A stretch of DNA of 63,799 nt, filler included, from Nemertoderma westbladi (taxonomy: Eukaryota; Animalia; Xenacoelomorpha): NCBI GenBank assembly GCA_032718475.1. It is 3 parts of 3 records of this genome, joined end to end, with 100 filler letters (N's around TTAATTAATTAA, not from the genome) between each part and the next. Parts side by side here need not be neighbours in the genome. Positions count along the whole stretch, not along the records: positions 1 to 30,100 come from JAUCBJ010007230.1; 2 more parts are not named here. One strand, written 5' to 3'. Position numbers and translations under genes: made by a program. The notes under the pieces are model-generated. The model was given only the letters and a program-made list of their open reading frames with translations, did no database searches and was not told the origin of the DNA. Shown one piece after another: positions 13,185 through 26,029 of the stretch (position 1 is its first letter; the number at the start of each line of letters is the position of its first letter).

Positions 13185-14349
13185 ACATAGTGTGTAACTT
13201 ATATACAAATCTGATAGAAACCATTTTTTGCCTTGATTTTTGACTTGATTAAATATAAATAGATTATTCATTTCATGTTTTATTTATATATTAATCTGAA
13301 ACCCGATATTAAAATATGTAAAATAGTTTCTTATGAACCAGAACAAGGAATGAACAATCTGATTGTGTGCTATAACTTCCTACGCCCGTATTTATTTACC
13401 CCACTACGTATTTCACGGCACCTTATCCCTCTTCCTTTGGCTTCACTGGTCGGTTTTAGAAGCAACTGGTAAGATTTTATATTTTTGCTTGACTAATAAA
13501 TTAGCATTAAAATACTTTAATATATTTCCTATATGTTCTCAGGTCCTGTGCCTGGAGAGAGGAAGTTATTGGCTGGTCACCAATCTGATAAAGTTCGGTC
13601 TCCACATATAGGTCGTTAATAGGCAGGCTGATCTTCCGGCGGCGGGTGCGCAGGGTAGAGCTGGGTTTTAGCAATGTTGTGCCACCAAAATTTTAGTAGA
13701 ACAACTAATTGCAGGGTACTTTGTTATTATTACCTTATATAGCTTTGTAGTTTCTTTCTGCTACTAATAACAAAGCAGATTGTTCTTATTCGAAACAATT
13801 TCTGAACCCCTTTAAATGTCTGCGATAGACGACGAAAATATTGAGCTAAGTCGAAATTTTTAATCATGTATTGAATCGAAATGATGTAGTCAATTTATTT
13901 TAACACGCACTTAGAAGGGAGGTTGCAAAATGTTCTGTATAGTTTTCCCGAAAATTTTAACTGGTGATTTTAAGCTAAAAAATATAAATAATTAGTCTAT
14001 GAGATCGGTGGTTTAATTTAATTTAAAATATTGCCAAGTTAATTAATTCACTATTTGTGCAACAGTAACGAAAATAAGTATTGAGTAAACCCACTAAATT
14101 ATGTTACTAAGGGATCTTGCCGAGCCGATCTGGTGGTCTATATAATTGTAGATACCACTTAGTGCCTTTATAAAATATTCAGTTTTCTCAATACTTATAT
14201 TAATTTATAAATCATCGTAAGTAAACAATAAATATTAGATTGTCTAAATGTAAAAAAAGGTTAAGCTAACAAACTAATTAACATAAACAAGGAGTAATTA
14301 ACATAAATAATAAATATAATAAGCATCAATTGAAATAGCGGTTACCTGC

Positions 14350-17220
14350 TTAATGAGGTATTTTAATATTAAGTTTAAGATCAGCTAACTGCCACGCGGA
14401 TTTATTACTAAAATCGCGGTTTAAACTTCTCAACAGTTGTAGAGACACCGCGGATGTCTTCTTTCTTTGCGTTAAGTGTTCCTTGTGGTCTGGAATGTCT
14501 GCGGTCTCGTCATCGTAGGAAACAGACAGAGTTCGGCGCCTCTCGGTAGACCGCTGTCTGCTAAGCAACCGTTCACGCGCGGTGCATTTACAGCAGAAAT
14601 ACTCCGCTGGCTCCTCCTCGAAGTAGGACCGCAGACAGCGGAGGTGGTAGACGTGGCCGCACAGGAACATAGCAACGGGGCGCTCAGTGGTCGGCGAGAT
14701 AGTCCACGCGCAAAGCGCGCAAGCCGGTTGTCGGGGCAACGCGATGCCCCGGTTGGACGCTCGATGGAGCTGCGCGAACGACGTGTATAAATCTCGTTCT
14801 AGAATAGAAGTGGTGGTGTCGAGGAGTGTGGATTCGTAGTGGTAGGTAGTCAGCATTCCGAGGAGGAGGGAGTGGATGTTCCCGGCTAAACTCCCCTCGT
14901 GGGACTGTCTGAGGAGTCGTTGGAGCATGTCGGAGTGGCTGACCACGTTGGACATCTTGTTAACAAGGTTGGGGAGCAGCGAGTTGAGGTAGTTATAGAC
15001 GCGGTGGTTGCTAGGCGGAGGACCCTGACTAGCGACCAATGAAAACCCCCCGATGGTTCGCATGAGGAGATCGAGCAGATGGAACCAGAAGGTCTCAACC
15101 GACTTCCCGTTGCATCGCTGACAAAATCCGCAATAATTCGTGTAACTTTCCTCGAAACGACTCTCCGTCTCTCTCGATTCCTCTTCCTTCGCCTCCAGGT
15201 AGTCCTGTAGTCGCGCCTCCAACGCCTCCCTCAGAATCGCCCAGGATTCATCCAGACTACCATCGCGTTCGAACAGATACGCCGCCTCGTTGTACAAACC
15301 CCACCTCCGGCACATCTCGATCGCGGCGTACGCGTCGTCGATACCCTCCGCGGAGTCCTTCAGAAAACCAATCACGTCTCGCGGTTCGTGTTGGCACAGC
15401 AACTCGAGGTAGCGCGCGGTCAACTCCGGGGAATCGTCGACGGGCCGCAGGAAGAACTGCCGCTGCTCGAAAACCACACGAAGAAACAGAAACTCGTGTC
15501 GAGGATATTGACGGAGAAGTTGTAGAACCCCGTTGAGTTTTACTCCGATGATGTTAATGAATAAATCGACGGTTTTATAGGCGTCAATGTCAGTGAGTTC
15601 AACGAGGTTGAGTTTGATGGTGGACTCGATCAACCGCTTCTCCGTCGGAGAGCAACCCTCGTCTTTGAGCAACTGGATAACGAATTCGAAGACGAGATCT
15701 CTCTTGGCCTTGGCGCCGTGTTTAACGTGCCAGACGACGAGCTTCTCGTACAGCCGGTAGCGCGTGTAGAAGGAGTAGGCGACCTCCCGGAAGGATGCCG
15801 ACTCCGCCAGTCGCAGTAGATCGGTGTCGGGGATGTGGGAGAGCCGACCCGAGTCGACCAGTCGCATAAACGAACGCTCACGCTCCCGGTGGAGATCGGT
15901 ACCCGAACCCCCGGGGCAACAGACGAATTCAACGATCAGCTGGATAGACCCGTTGCTAAGGAATAACTCTTTACAAACAGATGACTCCATAGCAACGAAT
16001 ATTAGAACCAAGCCAATCTGATGTGGAGTGAAATTAACCGAGTCAGCGATAACTTCTAGAAGAACGTCGATTGTTTTCTGTTTATAAGTAACTTCCGATT
16101 GAGTTAAATGAGTAAAAGCAAAAGATAAAACGTTTAGGAATTCCGTTAGGTTGCAGTGCATCAACCCGAGAATGTTAGCGAACGACTCCCCGCTAGAGGA
16201 GGACCGTTTCAGCACGGCGTCGTAAACCGAGCCTTTATCTTGGCTCGAGATGGCCGTCGACTCGGCACCGCTGGGATACTCCCGGTTGGTGAGACAACAG
16301 GAGATGTAGAGGAGCAGCTTGTCGCCGAGGGCCGAAGGGTTGGAGGCCTTAGGGGACAGGCCGGGGGGGAGGCGGGACATCGTGGGACTGCTACTACCGC
16401 GGGACAGCTCGGGACTGGCCCTTCCGATGGACTTCAAGGTTCCGCCGCGGGACATATCGGTCCCTTTACGGGACACTATGGGACTGGTACCGTCGCGAGA
16501 CATTATGGGACTGCCACCGCCGCGGGACATTGGGTTGGAACATCGACTAGACGTCCGCAACTCCGGTAGCAGTTCCAACAACGGCGACGAGTAATCTCTC
16601 AACCCAACGCCGAATATGTAGAGCAAGGCGTCGTAGAGGCCCTCCTGCTTACAGAGTTTGGTCACGTGGTCGATGTCGATGCTCAGTATGTTGAGATGAA
16701 CGATGATGGGTTCCAACCTACTTAGCAACCCTTTGGACTGGTAATGATCGATAAGGTCCTTTGTCATCGATGGATTCAACACAACTCTCCGATCGGAAAT
16801 GATAATATCCTCGAGGGTTTCCACAAACGCGCCACAGGCAACCAGGTCGTCGCTGACCTTCTGGTAGACGTTGTAGAGAACGACATCAGAGTTATCTAGA
16901 AACACAGCCGCGTTCACTATAGCGTTCATACCACCAATGTAATGTTGTTCTAGAACCTCGATAGAGCCACTAGATGGCGCTGTGCTCAGGACTACCGAAA
17001 CATACCGCATCGTGAGACGTTCTAGAATCTTCTGGAGTTCCCTCCGGTTGCCTTCCCTGTTTCCGTAGTAACCGACGACGCACTTCGCTTTACCCTCGAG
17101 TATCCTGGTAGCGAGAACGATGGCTCCACGAAGGTTCCCCAAGTCCTCCAGGAATGCGATCCGTTCCCGCCATGTCTTTAACGATATAACATGAACTCCG
17201 TTAGTGCCGAGGAATAATAC
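14350..17220 (-). CDS. VPS8: VPS8 (CORVET subunit), coding exon 2: Vps8 domain, alpha-solenoid and C-terminal RING-H2
   Basis: Acceptor ccatttccAG at 17222-17221. The exon opens VLFLGTNGVHVISLKTWRERI, in frame with the 930-aa ORF. Contains 'LNILSIDIDHVTKLCKQEGLYDALLYI', 'GDKLLLYISCCL' and the RING-H2 'CALC...CGHVYHLRC...CCKC'. Confidence 0.92.
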   Translation of the reverse strand, partial: VLFLGTNGVHVISLKTWRERIAFLEDLGNLRGAIVLATRILEGKAKCVVGYYGNREGNRRELQKILERLTMRYVSVVLSTAPSSGSIEVLEQHYIGGMNAIVNAAVFLDNSDVVLYNVYQKVSDDLVACGAFVETLEDIIISDRRVVLNPSMTKDLIDHYQSKGLLSRLEPIIVHLNILSIDIDHVTKLCKQEGLYDALLYIFGVGLRDYSSPLLELLPELRTSSRCSNPMSRGGGSPIMSRDGTSPIVSRKGTDMSRGGTLKSIGRASPELSRGSSSPTMSRLPPGLSPKASNPSALGDKLLLYISCCLTNREYPSGAESTAISSQDKGSVYDAVLKRSSSSGESFANILGLMHCNLTEFLNVLSFAFTHLTQSEVTYKQKTIDVLLEVIADSVNFTPHQIGLVLIFVAMESSVCKELFLSNGSIQLIVEFVCCPGGSGTDLHRERERSFMRLVDSGRLSHIPDTDLLRLAESASFREVAYSFYTRYRLYEKLVVWHVKHGAKAKRDLVFEFVIQLLKDEGCSPTEKRLIESTIKLNLVELTDIDAYKTVDLFINIIGVKLNGVLQLLRQYPRHEFLFLRVVFEQRQFFLRPVDDSPELTARYLELLCQHEPRDVIGFLKDSAEGIDDAYAAIEMCRRWGLYNEAAYLFERDGSLDESWAILREALEARLQDYLEAKEEESRETESRFEESYTNYCGFCQRCNGKSVETFWFHLLDLLMRTIGGFSLVASQGPPPSNHRVYNYLNSLLPNLVNKMSNVVSHSDMLQRLLRQSHEGSLAGNIHSLLLGMLTTYHYESTLLDTTTSILERDLYTSFAQLHRASNRGIALPRQPACALCAWTISPTTERPVAMFLCGHVYHLRCLRSYFEEEPAEYFCCKCTARERLLSRQRSTERRRTLSVSYDDETADIPDHKEHLTQRKKTSAVSLQLLRSLNRDFSNKSAWQLADLKLNIKIPH

Positions 17221-20199
17221 CTGGAAATGGAATAATTTAATTAATTAGACAAGTCGAGGTGAGGTAATAATACAATTATCTCGTCATCACTAATTTGCAA
17301 GATGCAAAAAATGTAAATACAAATAAATAAAATGCTAAAATACTAAATAGCAAATACCAATTTATCGGGAATGCCGCCTATATTCTCGGTACAATGGACT
17401 CCCAGTAGACGCGGTCTCTATGAGATTATTCACAACCGACAATCTATGGATTCTTACAGTGGGTCCAGCAGTCTGGCAGTGGGAGACCTATTATATTTCA
17501 TTTAAGTACCGTACTGTTAACGTTTTCTAATCATTTTTTTACTATTTAACACATAATTAATTTCTACTTATATACATTACATCCGGTAACTAACGTATGG
17601 ACTATCTATCTGTAGCAACAAACTATATAAACAAAAGTTTAACAAAAAAAATTGAGAAGGGTAGAAAATTGGGTTTCTGCCGTCCCGGGTCTCAGACTAA
17701 CCAATTAACTATAACTAACTAATGGATAAACAATAGAGACCCTTAGAAAGGATATCTACAATATAAAAGTTATTGCAACGGCATTGGTGAGTAAAAATAG
17801 TAAAAGAGTAAAAATATCGCGAATAAAAATATAGAGAGTAAAGATATCGCGAATAAAAATATCGAGAGTAAACATATCACGAGTAAAAATATCGAGAGTA
17901 AACATATCACGAGTAAAAATATCGAGAGTAAACATATCACGAGTAAAAATATCGAGAGTAAAAAAATCGAGATTAAAGATATCGCGAGTAAACATATCAC
18001 GAGTAAAAATATCGAGAGTAAACATATCACGAGTAAAAATATCGAGAGTAAACATATCACGAGTAAAAATATCGAGAGTAAAGATATCGCGAGTAAAAAT
18101 ATCGAGAGTAAAAAAATCGAGATTAAAGATATCGCGAGTAAAAATATCGAGAGTAAAAATATCGAGAGTAAAATATCGAGAGTAAAAATATCGAGTGTTG
18201 AAAAATATCGAGGGTAAAAATATCGAGAGTAAAAATATCGAGAGTAAAAATATCGAGAGTAAAAATATCGAGAGTAAAAATATCGAGAGTAAAAATACCG
18301 AGAGTAAAAATATCGAGAGTAAAAATATCGAGAGTAAAAATATCGAGAGTAAAAATATCGAGAGTAAAAATATCGAGAGTAAAAATATCGAGAGTAAAAA
18401 TATCGAGAGTAAAAATATCGAGAGTAAAAATATAGAGTGTTGAAAAATATCGAGGGTAAAAATATCGAGAGTAAAAATATCGAGAATAAAAATATCGAGA
18501 GTAAAAATATCGAGAGTAAAAATATCGAGAGTAAAAATATCGAGAGTAAAAATATCGAGAGTAAAAATATCGAGAGTAAAAATATCGAGAGTAAAAATAT
18601 CGAGAGTAAAAATATCGAGAGTAAAAATATCGAGAGTTAAAATATCGAGAGTAAAAATATTGAGAGTAAAAATATCTAGAGTAAAAAGATCGAGAGTAAA
18701 AATATCGAGAATAAAAATATCGAGAGTAAAAATATCCAGTGTTGAAAAATATCTAGAGTAAAAATATCGAGAGTAAAAATATCGAGTGTTGAAAAATATC
18801 AAGGGTAAAAATATCGAGAGTAAATATATCGAGAGTAAAAATATCGAGAGTAAAAATATCGAGAGTAAAAATATCGCGAGTAAAAATATCGAGAGTAAAA
18901 ATATCGAGAGTAAAAATATCGCGAGTAAAAATATCGAGAGTAAAAATATCGAGAGTAAAAATATCGAAAGTAAAAATATCGAGAATAAAAATATCGACAG
19001 TAAAAATATCGAGAGTAAAAATATCGAGAGTAAAAATATCGAGAGTAAAAATATCGAGAGTAAAAATATCGAGTAAAAATATCGAGTGTTGAAAAATATC
19101 GAAAGTAAAAATATCGAGAGTAAAAATATCGAGAGTAAAAATATCGAGAGTAAAAATATCGAGAGTAAAAATATCGAGAGTAAAAATATCGAGAATAAAA
19201 ATATCGAGAGTAAAAATATCGAGAGTAAAAATATCGAGAGTAAAAATATCGAGAGTAAAAATATCGAGAGTAAAAATATCGAGAGTAAAAATATCGAGAA
19301 TAAAAATATCGAGAGTAAAAATATCGAAAGTAAAAATATCGAGTAAAAATATCGTTCCCCAGTAAAAATATCGAGTAAAAATATCGCTCCCCAGTAAAAA
19401 TATCGAGAGTAAAAATATCGAGAGTAAAAATATCGAGAGTAAAAATATCGAGAGTAAAAATATCGAGAGTAAAAATATCGAGAATAAAAATATCGAGAGT
19501 AAAAATATCGAGAGTAAAAATATCGAGAGTAAAAATATCGAGAGTAAAAATATCGAGAATAAAAATATCGAGAGTAAAAATATCGAAAGTAAAAATATCG
19601 AGAATAAAAATATCGACAGTAAAAATATCGAGAGAAAAATTTCGAGAATAAAAATATCGAGAGTAAAAATATCGAAAGTAAAAATATCGAGAATAAAAAT
19701 ATCGAGAGTAAAAATATCGAGAGTAAAAATATCGAGAGTAAAAATATCGAGAGTAAAAATATCGAGTAAAAATATCGCTCCCCAGTAAAAATATCGAGAG
19801 TAAAAATATAGAGTAAAAATATCGAGAGTAAAAATATCGAGAGTAAATATATCGAGAGTAAATATATCGAGAGTAAAAATATCGAGATATTTTTACTCCG
19901 ATATTTTTACTCTCGATATTTTTACTCTCGATATTTTTACTCTCGATATTTTTACTCTCGATATTTTTACTCGCGATATTTTTACTCGCGATATTTTTAT
20001 TCGCGATATTTTTACTTGCGATATTTTTCATATCTTGATTTTTTTCAATATAACCATTGCAACAGTCTATAAATAGTGGTCCAAAAATGCATAATGTGGC
20101 AAATTCATAAGCAACAATTATAAACTCCCGGGTTTATAGGTGAGAAACATAGAGGCGAATTATTCGATGAAATTGAGAGATTATTTCATAATATTTTAC
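17221..20199 (-). other. VPS8: Single coding intron of VPS8 (2979 bp, phase 0, GT-AG)
   Basis: Donor CAG|GTAAAA at 20200/20199. Splicing joins ...GYNNQ to VLFLGT... in frame. Confidence 0.88.
17790..20030. repeat. 15-bp satellite (AAAAATATCGAGAGT)n with an orientation flip near 19885 (fold-back array)
   Basis: Roughly 140 units on + up to about 19885, then about 10 reverse-complement units (TTTTTACTCTCGATA). The centre reads AAAAATATC-GA-GATATTTTT. Confidence 0.97.
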
Positions 20200-21735
20200 C
20201 TGATTATTGTATCCCAGGACTGTCTGGTAGACAGCATGGTCGCCGACCCGTCTCATCGCCTCGCTAACATTGCCGCCCGTCGCCAAACCCTTATAAAAAC
20301 TGGACGAGTACATCAACTGGATATCGGACAAGTCGGATACCTCAACCGACTGCTGACTCTTGGGCCGAATGTCCAGGACATGGGCCCGCTCGTGTTTGTC
20401 GAGGAGGAAGAGAGTCTGGTTGTTCAGCCAATGGAGGGAGATGACGGACAGCGAGGTGTCGATGCAGTTCAGGTAGTAGCAGCGAGCTTGGGAGAGGGAT
20501 GGGATGGACACAAGGAAGAGATTGATAACACCAGAACGTCCAAAACCCAGCACTGGTTCCACAGAGACGCCGGACAACGAGCGTTTAGTTACTATGTTCC
20601 ACGAGATTACGGGAACTTCCGAAGAATTCCCCGCCAAGTAATGTGTGTCGATGACGCGTTGTCTAGGACGAAGAGCGATTACAAACAGTTTGGTCATCGT
20701 CGCCAACGCGATGATAGTGACGTCATTGATGGCGGAACTGGAGGTGGAGCGTGCAGAGGGAGGGATGTTAGGCGGGAGGAGCGGTTGGAAGGTGGAGACT
20801 TCGCCACGACTACCGGAGAAAATACAATGAGTTACGGAACCGCGGGCACCGAGAACTCGGGTGAAGGAAAGTTCGTAGAGCGAACCGCCGGAGTCGAGAC
20901 AGAGAGCGAGTGTGTGGAGAGGGGTGAACCGGAGAGAGAGGGCCACTGTGTGGGGGGTGTGTCCGTCCGGGATGGTCCGGAGCAGACGGCCCTTACCGAG
21001 GTCCCACATGGTAAGCGGACCGCCGGCGTGAGCCGCTAGGAGTCGGGATGCGTCCGTGTTGAAGCAGACGCAGGATACGGGAGTGTCGCGTTGGACCGGA
21101 GAGTCGAGACACCAGAGCAGCGACTGGGTGGGTCCGTAGACGAGGATGGAACCTCGGGACATACCGGTTGCGACCAGGGTGGAGACCGCCAGCGCCGTAG
21201 GGTGTCCGGCGGAGTCCTGGACTGAGTCCGTCTGGGCGGACACACCCCGGAGGACTACGTGACGCAGCACCGAGCCCAGACTGCCGGCCGGGAGAGTAGA
21301 CCCATCGGTAGGTGGGTCAGACCCGTTGGTTTTACTGTTGGCAACAACTGGGATCGATTCGACGCTGCCTTTGGGGCCCGCCGCGTTTAATAAGTTCACT
21401 TTTTTATGGAGTGCGTCGGCGCGCAGTTTGTTGCTGTGGGAGGCAGCCGGGCTTCCGGGAGCGCTGCCGGACTGTCTACGCCTCGAGGAGGCTGGACTCA
21501 AGGTTATCTCGAACTCCGACTCGAGCAATATGGAGTCCAGGAGTTTCTCTGTGTCGGATTGGCCAGTGGTTAGTATACTCTCTAGAGTTGGGAGCACTGG
21601 AACTGCAGGGATATCGAACTCGATGTCGTCTAGGTCGTGAAACGAGAGGTTATCCAGTTGGTCGTCCCCGCACACACTGCCGGCTAAAGAAGAGCCAATT
21701 AACGAGTCGGTATCAACTCCTCTGTCATACGCCAT
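20200..21735 (-). CDS. VPS8: VPS8 coding exon 1: acidic N-terminus and WD40-like beta-propeller
   Basis: 'LDDIEFDIP..PTLESIL', 'SVLRHVVLRGVSAQ', 'CIFSGSRGEV', 'LMYSSSFYKGLATGGNVSEAM'. Start taken as the ATG at 21735; an alternative ATG lies at 21771. Spliced product about 1468 aa. Confidence 0.9.
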
Positions 21736-22285
21736 TGTTACGCGAGTGCACCGCTGCACACATACCAGCATACAGACATAAGATTCGATATTGAGGTAGA
21801 GCAGAATACAATTTTAGCTTAGGCCTATTCTGCTATTTCTGTATTTGCTTTACCTGTTTACCTCAATATACGATCTTGCATTCTTGTACTCCCTCAATTT
21901 CTTGTCTATTTGCAGTTTAGATGGTTGATCTAATAAACTTAATATAATAAATACTGAAATATTACTGTAATATAATAAACTTAGGCCGTAATGCAATAAT
22001 GTCTTTCTGTCGGTCTGTCTGTCTGCCTATATCGAGTTTACCGGTATGCACTTTCTATTGGTCAATATTATGAATTCGTGTTACCTTACCACTACCACAC
22101 AGCCATAGATTGATTGATTGATTTTTTTAACACTATAAGTAACGTACAAAGTTTACAGCACCACTAATAAAAGACAGACAATGTAAAAAAGACACATACA
22201 ATACAATTTAGATAAATATACTGTACGACAGTAAGACAATTACGATATATCAGGTGGTGGCTCAATAGTTATGGTGTGTGGCATA

Positions 22286-23471
22286 CAGTGGCGGTTCTAG
22301 GGGGGGGGGGGGGGGGGGGGGGGGGCAAGGGGGCCTTTGCCCCTCCCCGGGTACCTTGGGGGGGGGGGGGGGGGGGGGCTTGCTCCCTCCCTAGCGAAAG
22401 GTAATGTGGCAAATCCGTACCAGTGGGTACCGACTTTTGCTCGAAAACCGACCTCTCTGGGAAAGACTTATATTTTTTTTCAAAATTTAGTTACTACCCG
22501 GCGGTCTCCATTATAAAACACTCTGATATTTTCGTAAAATTCTGGAACTTTGGGAATTCGGTAAAAAATCGGGAAATTTTTCAAAGTATTTTTTTTTTAA
22601 ATGTTTTTTTTTTGTTTATTTTTTTTCATTGGGGGCTACGACGAACTGTAGCCTGTTTTCGAAACGTCTTCTCCACCGTGCAGTGGCGTGCAGAAGGGGG
22701 GGGGGGGGGGGGACCTTCCAAGGGGCGCCAAAATTTGAGCAGCAGTGGCATCATAGCCAGCTGATAGTATAATCAAGTTTAGCTTATTGATGCTAGAAAT
22801 TTAGTCAATCCAACATACAAACATACAGTACATACAGTTTGGTTCTGTATTGGTTGCATAGCCTTTCAGCACTGCCCACATTGCACATGTTAAGGTGTCA
22901 CAGGTGAGAAGGTAGATGTCTCCTGCAATTGGTCCTTGGTATGGTCACTGGAAATATCTCCATTGGTAAGTTCAGTGGCTTTGTGGTTTAAGGCATGTCC
23001 AAGTAAATTTAAGCAGTACATTTCTTAATATACTGTAATATAATTTTGCAATTAAAATAGTCTGAATTAATAATTTTCAACAGAGTTAAAAATACAAATA
23101 ATGGCCCACTGCATTTAAGTCAAATTAAACTCAGTCTGTCATTTAATTACTTCATCATTACAAATTAATGGAAAGGAGTGCCACACACGTCACGTCTATC
23201 CTCCACATCTTTGGAACGATACGGGTTACCACCAGCTGACGGCTGCGACCCTTCCATTAACTAAATAATTAGAATAGACGCGGGTTTAGACAAAGTTGTT
23301 GTTGGGAATGTTTTTTTTTTGAACGATTTAAAGCTGGCGTTTATAAACTTGTCCAGATTGGACTCCACTGCTTGCGTGGAGCCATTTACAAGTCCGAAAA
23401 ATTGACCTCAGCAAATTAAATATTTTGCCCCCCCCCCCCCCCCCCCAAGCAAAATCCTAAAACTGTCCCTG
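22286..23471. mobile_element. Non-autonomous hAT-like element with poly-G/poly-C subterminal tracts; a second CAGTGGCG end is nested at 22681
   Basis: Imperfect TIR CAGTGGCGGTTCTAGG ... CCTAAAACTGTCCCTG and a perfect 8-bp TSD GTGGCATA (22278-22285 and 23472-23479). Confidence 0.85.
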
Positions 23472-25440
23472 GTGGCATAGACAGATTTACAAAGACATAC
23501 TTTGAATAAAATATATAGGCCTACATACAGAAAGATAATTACAAAAGCATCGATATGATTTCAAAGTACAGTTAGAAGAAAATACAGTATGTCGAAAGAA
23601 GTACAGGCAGTATATTAATTAATAAAATTATTAAATAATACTGTACGACAGATAAATTAATTTACGGTGCTAAACTACAGTAAGTCTAATAAAGTATACA
23701 ATTGTCGAGTTATTATGTTATAGCGATAGCAACTGGTTGTTTGTTATGATGGGTGACATTTTGCAACAAGAATGCACTGACCACCACTATATCGCTGGGT
23801 TTCCTGAGCTGAGTACCGTAGGCCTAATTAATAACTTATTTTTCATTGTTTAATTACGAATTAAGGTACGGTACTTACTTCAGTCTATCAGAGGCCTACC
23901 GAACTTTAATTGATTAAATATAAAATTTAACAATATGGTTTTAGGGCCTACCTTAAGCAATCTCACGAAGGAAATTGGAAATTGTATCGGAATCTTCATT
24001 TGACAAAATGGGGTAGGGTAATCTTTTGCGTAGAGCAGTAGAGGTATGTATAGCCTACACCCTACCCTACGCTACATAGATAGAGGCTACACACTGACAC
24101 ATGTAGGTTGATCGTTGACGTAGCCTACATGTAGGTAGAAGTTGAAGTTTTTTATTACACCAAAACACTATAGAAACAATAATAGAGACGCAAATGGAAA
24201 CAAATTATATCTTCTTAAACTAAACAAACATGACTCGACTATGTACTGATGTAGGAGGTCACAAGTATAATCTATTCACTAAGTATACAATTATTACAAT
24301 TCACAGTAATATAATGGAATAATGAATGGGAGGATATGATGCTTTTACTAATACAAGACAACACAAAGTACAATACGAACACAAATGCATTAAAAGTAAA
24401 GGTAAAACATACTGTATAAGATTACATTCTAATTAAAACTTTGATATGTTCAATAAAACATGGCAGTGGTTGATTACATTAAGTGCTGGGTAGATGCACA
24501 TGTAGGGTGAGAATGTAGATCAGTAGGTAGGTGTAATTAATCAGTCAATCCAAACTTTTATTTATTAGTATGGATTATTTAGTATAGACTACCAAATTGC
24601 CAGGGCACAGGGCGACATATTTTCTAACTTTATATCGCAGGCGACATTATTTCTCAGTATGTCCCAAGGTGTACTAAATAACAGTTTATTTAGGTTATTT
24701 AGTAGGTATACCTTGTTGTTACCAACCAATCCCGGAAAAAATAACAATCGCAATGATAACCTATCTAAAAATAGTGATATTTTAGTATCTGCAATCTGCA
24801 TGTTGAAATTATATTTATGCCTGTTTGCCGTGTTGTGAATACAGTAGTTAGCTTACGGTACCGGCTACCTTTACTAACATGAGTGAAAGTGAAAGTTATA
24901 AGAATAAGACTACCGTAGGCCTATGGTATGTTTTCAGTTCAGATTGTAGGTAGACTGACTGCATGCATCGTACAGTACCGGTCTGCCGGTAGTGGTACCA
25001 CAGCTTCCTTTAAGGTCTCAATGACATCACTGCCTTGCAACTACAAAGCCTACCTGACCGGTACGCCTACAGAACAGAGCATATTGGGAAATAATTTAAT
25101 GTACCGGTACTGGCAAACTAAACGGGAAATGCAGTACTGGTAGGCCTACACTACAAGTTCAGATTGCACACTCAACTCAGCCTACTCAGAGATCTTTTAC
25201 TTTCGGTATTTGACAATTATGGACAGCAGCATCCTGATCATGGCAGGAATGCTATTCTCAACAGTTTCGGTATTAGTACGTTTGAACGACACTAGCCAAA
25301 CAATCATGGATGAAATCAGATAGAAACTGATAAAAATTGTTACCGGTACCGGTATAGCAGTACTGTATTGTTAGGCCTACTGCTGTACTGTTACTTACTG
25401 GCCTACTGTTAGTATACGGTACTGTACTCATGACTATGAC

Positions 25441-25700
25441 AAGTCCCTAAAAGGTGCCACCCGGCTCCATAGCGCGGGAAATTCAAATGATTGAAAGACA
25501 TGTAATTTGTACTGGAAAGGGTGGCAGATCAGATCTGCCACCTATATTTTGGCGGTAAATTCAAATCTGTTTTAACATTGAATACGGCAGTGATTTTATA
25601 TGTCCTTTTATTTGACTTTTTTGTCCTCCTTTTTTTTACGAATTGTGCATAATGACTTTTGTTGTCCGTTTAATGACTTTTGTTGTCCTTTAATGACTTT
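25441..25700. mobile_element. Solo end of the AAGTCCCTAAAAGGTGCCACC TIR family (see 41422-45707)
   Basis: 63-bp match to the TIR. The following sequence resembles the reverse complement of about 45580-45630. No partner TIR seen before the gap. Confidence 0.75.
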
Positions 25701-26029
25701 TTATGTATGTATTTCTTCAAACTGTCACACTGCTGATTTCTGGACTGTCAGACAGTTGATTTCAACATGCCTATGTCAAAACATTCAAAATTTGTTGATT
25801 TCTGGTCTGTCGGACAGTTGGTTTCACTATGCCTGTGCCAAAACATTCAAAATTCCATGATTTATAGACTATGAGATAGATTTCCATATGCGCCTGTGGT
25901 AAAAGACTCTAAATTTAATAGTTTGTGGTTGGTTGTCGATAATCGATTACCACATGACAGCATGACGTAGCAAAACACTTATTTTATAGCCAAATACAAT
26001 TACCAATTGATTGAAAGGAGCGTTAAGGC

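Noticed and set aside
17756-20031. Long ORFs of (KNIES)n, (LDIFT)n and (SRYFY)n
   Set aside because: These are translations of a stop-free 15-bp satellite inside the VPS8 intron.
20140-21794. Plus-strand ORFs overlapping VPS8 (299, 160 and 104 aa), and similar antisense ORFs over NDST, b561 and the LTR element
   Set aside because: Shadow frames of GC-rich coding sequence with no recognisable motifs.
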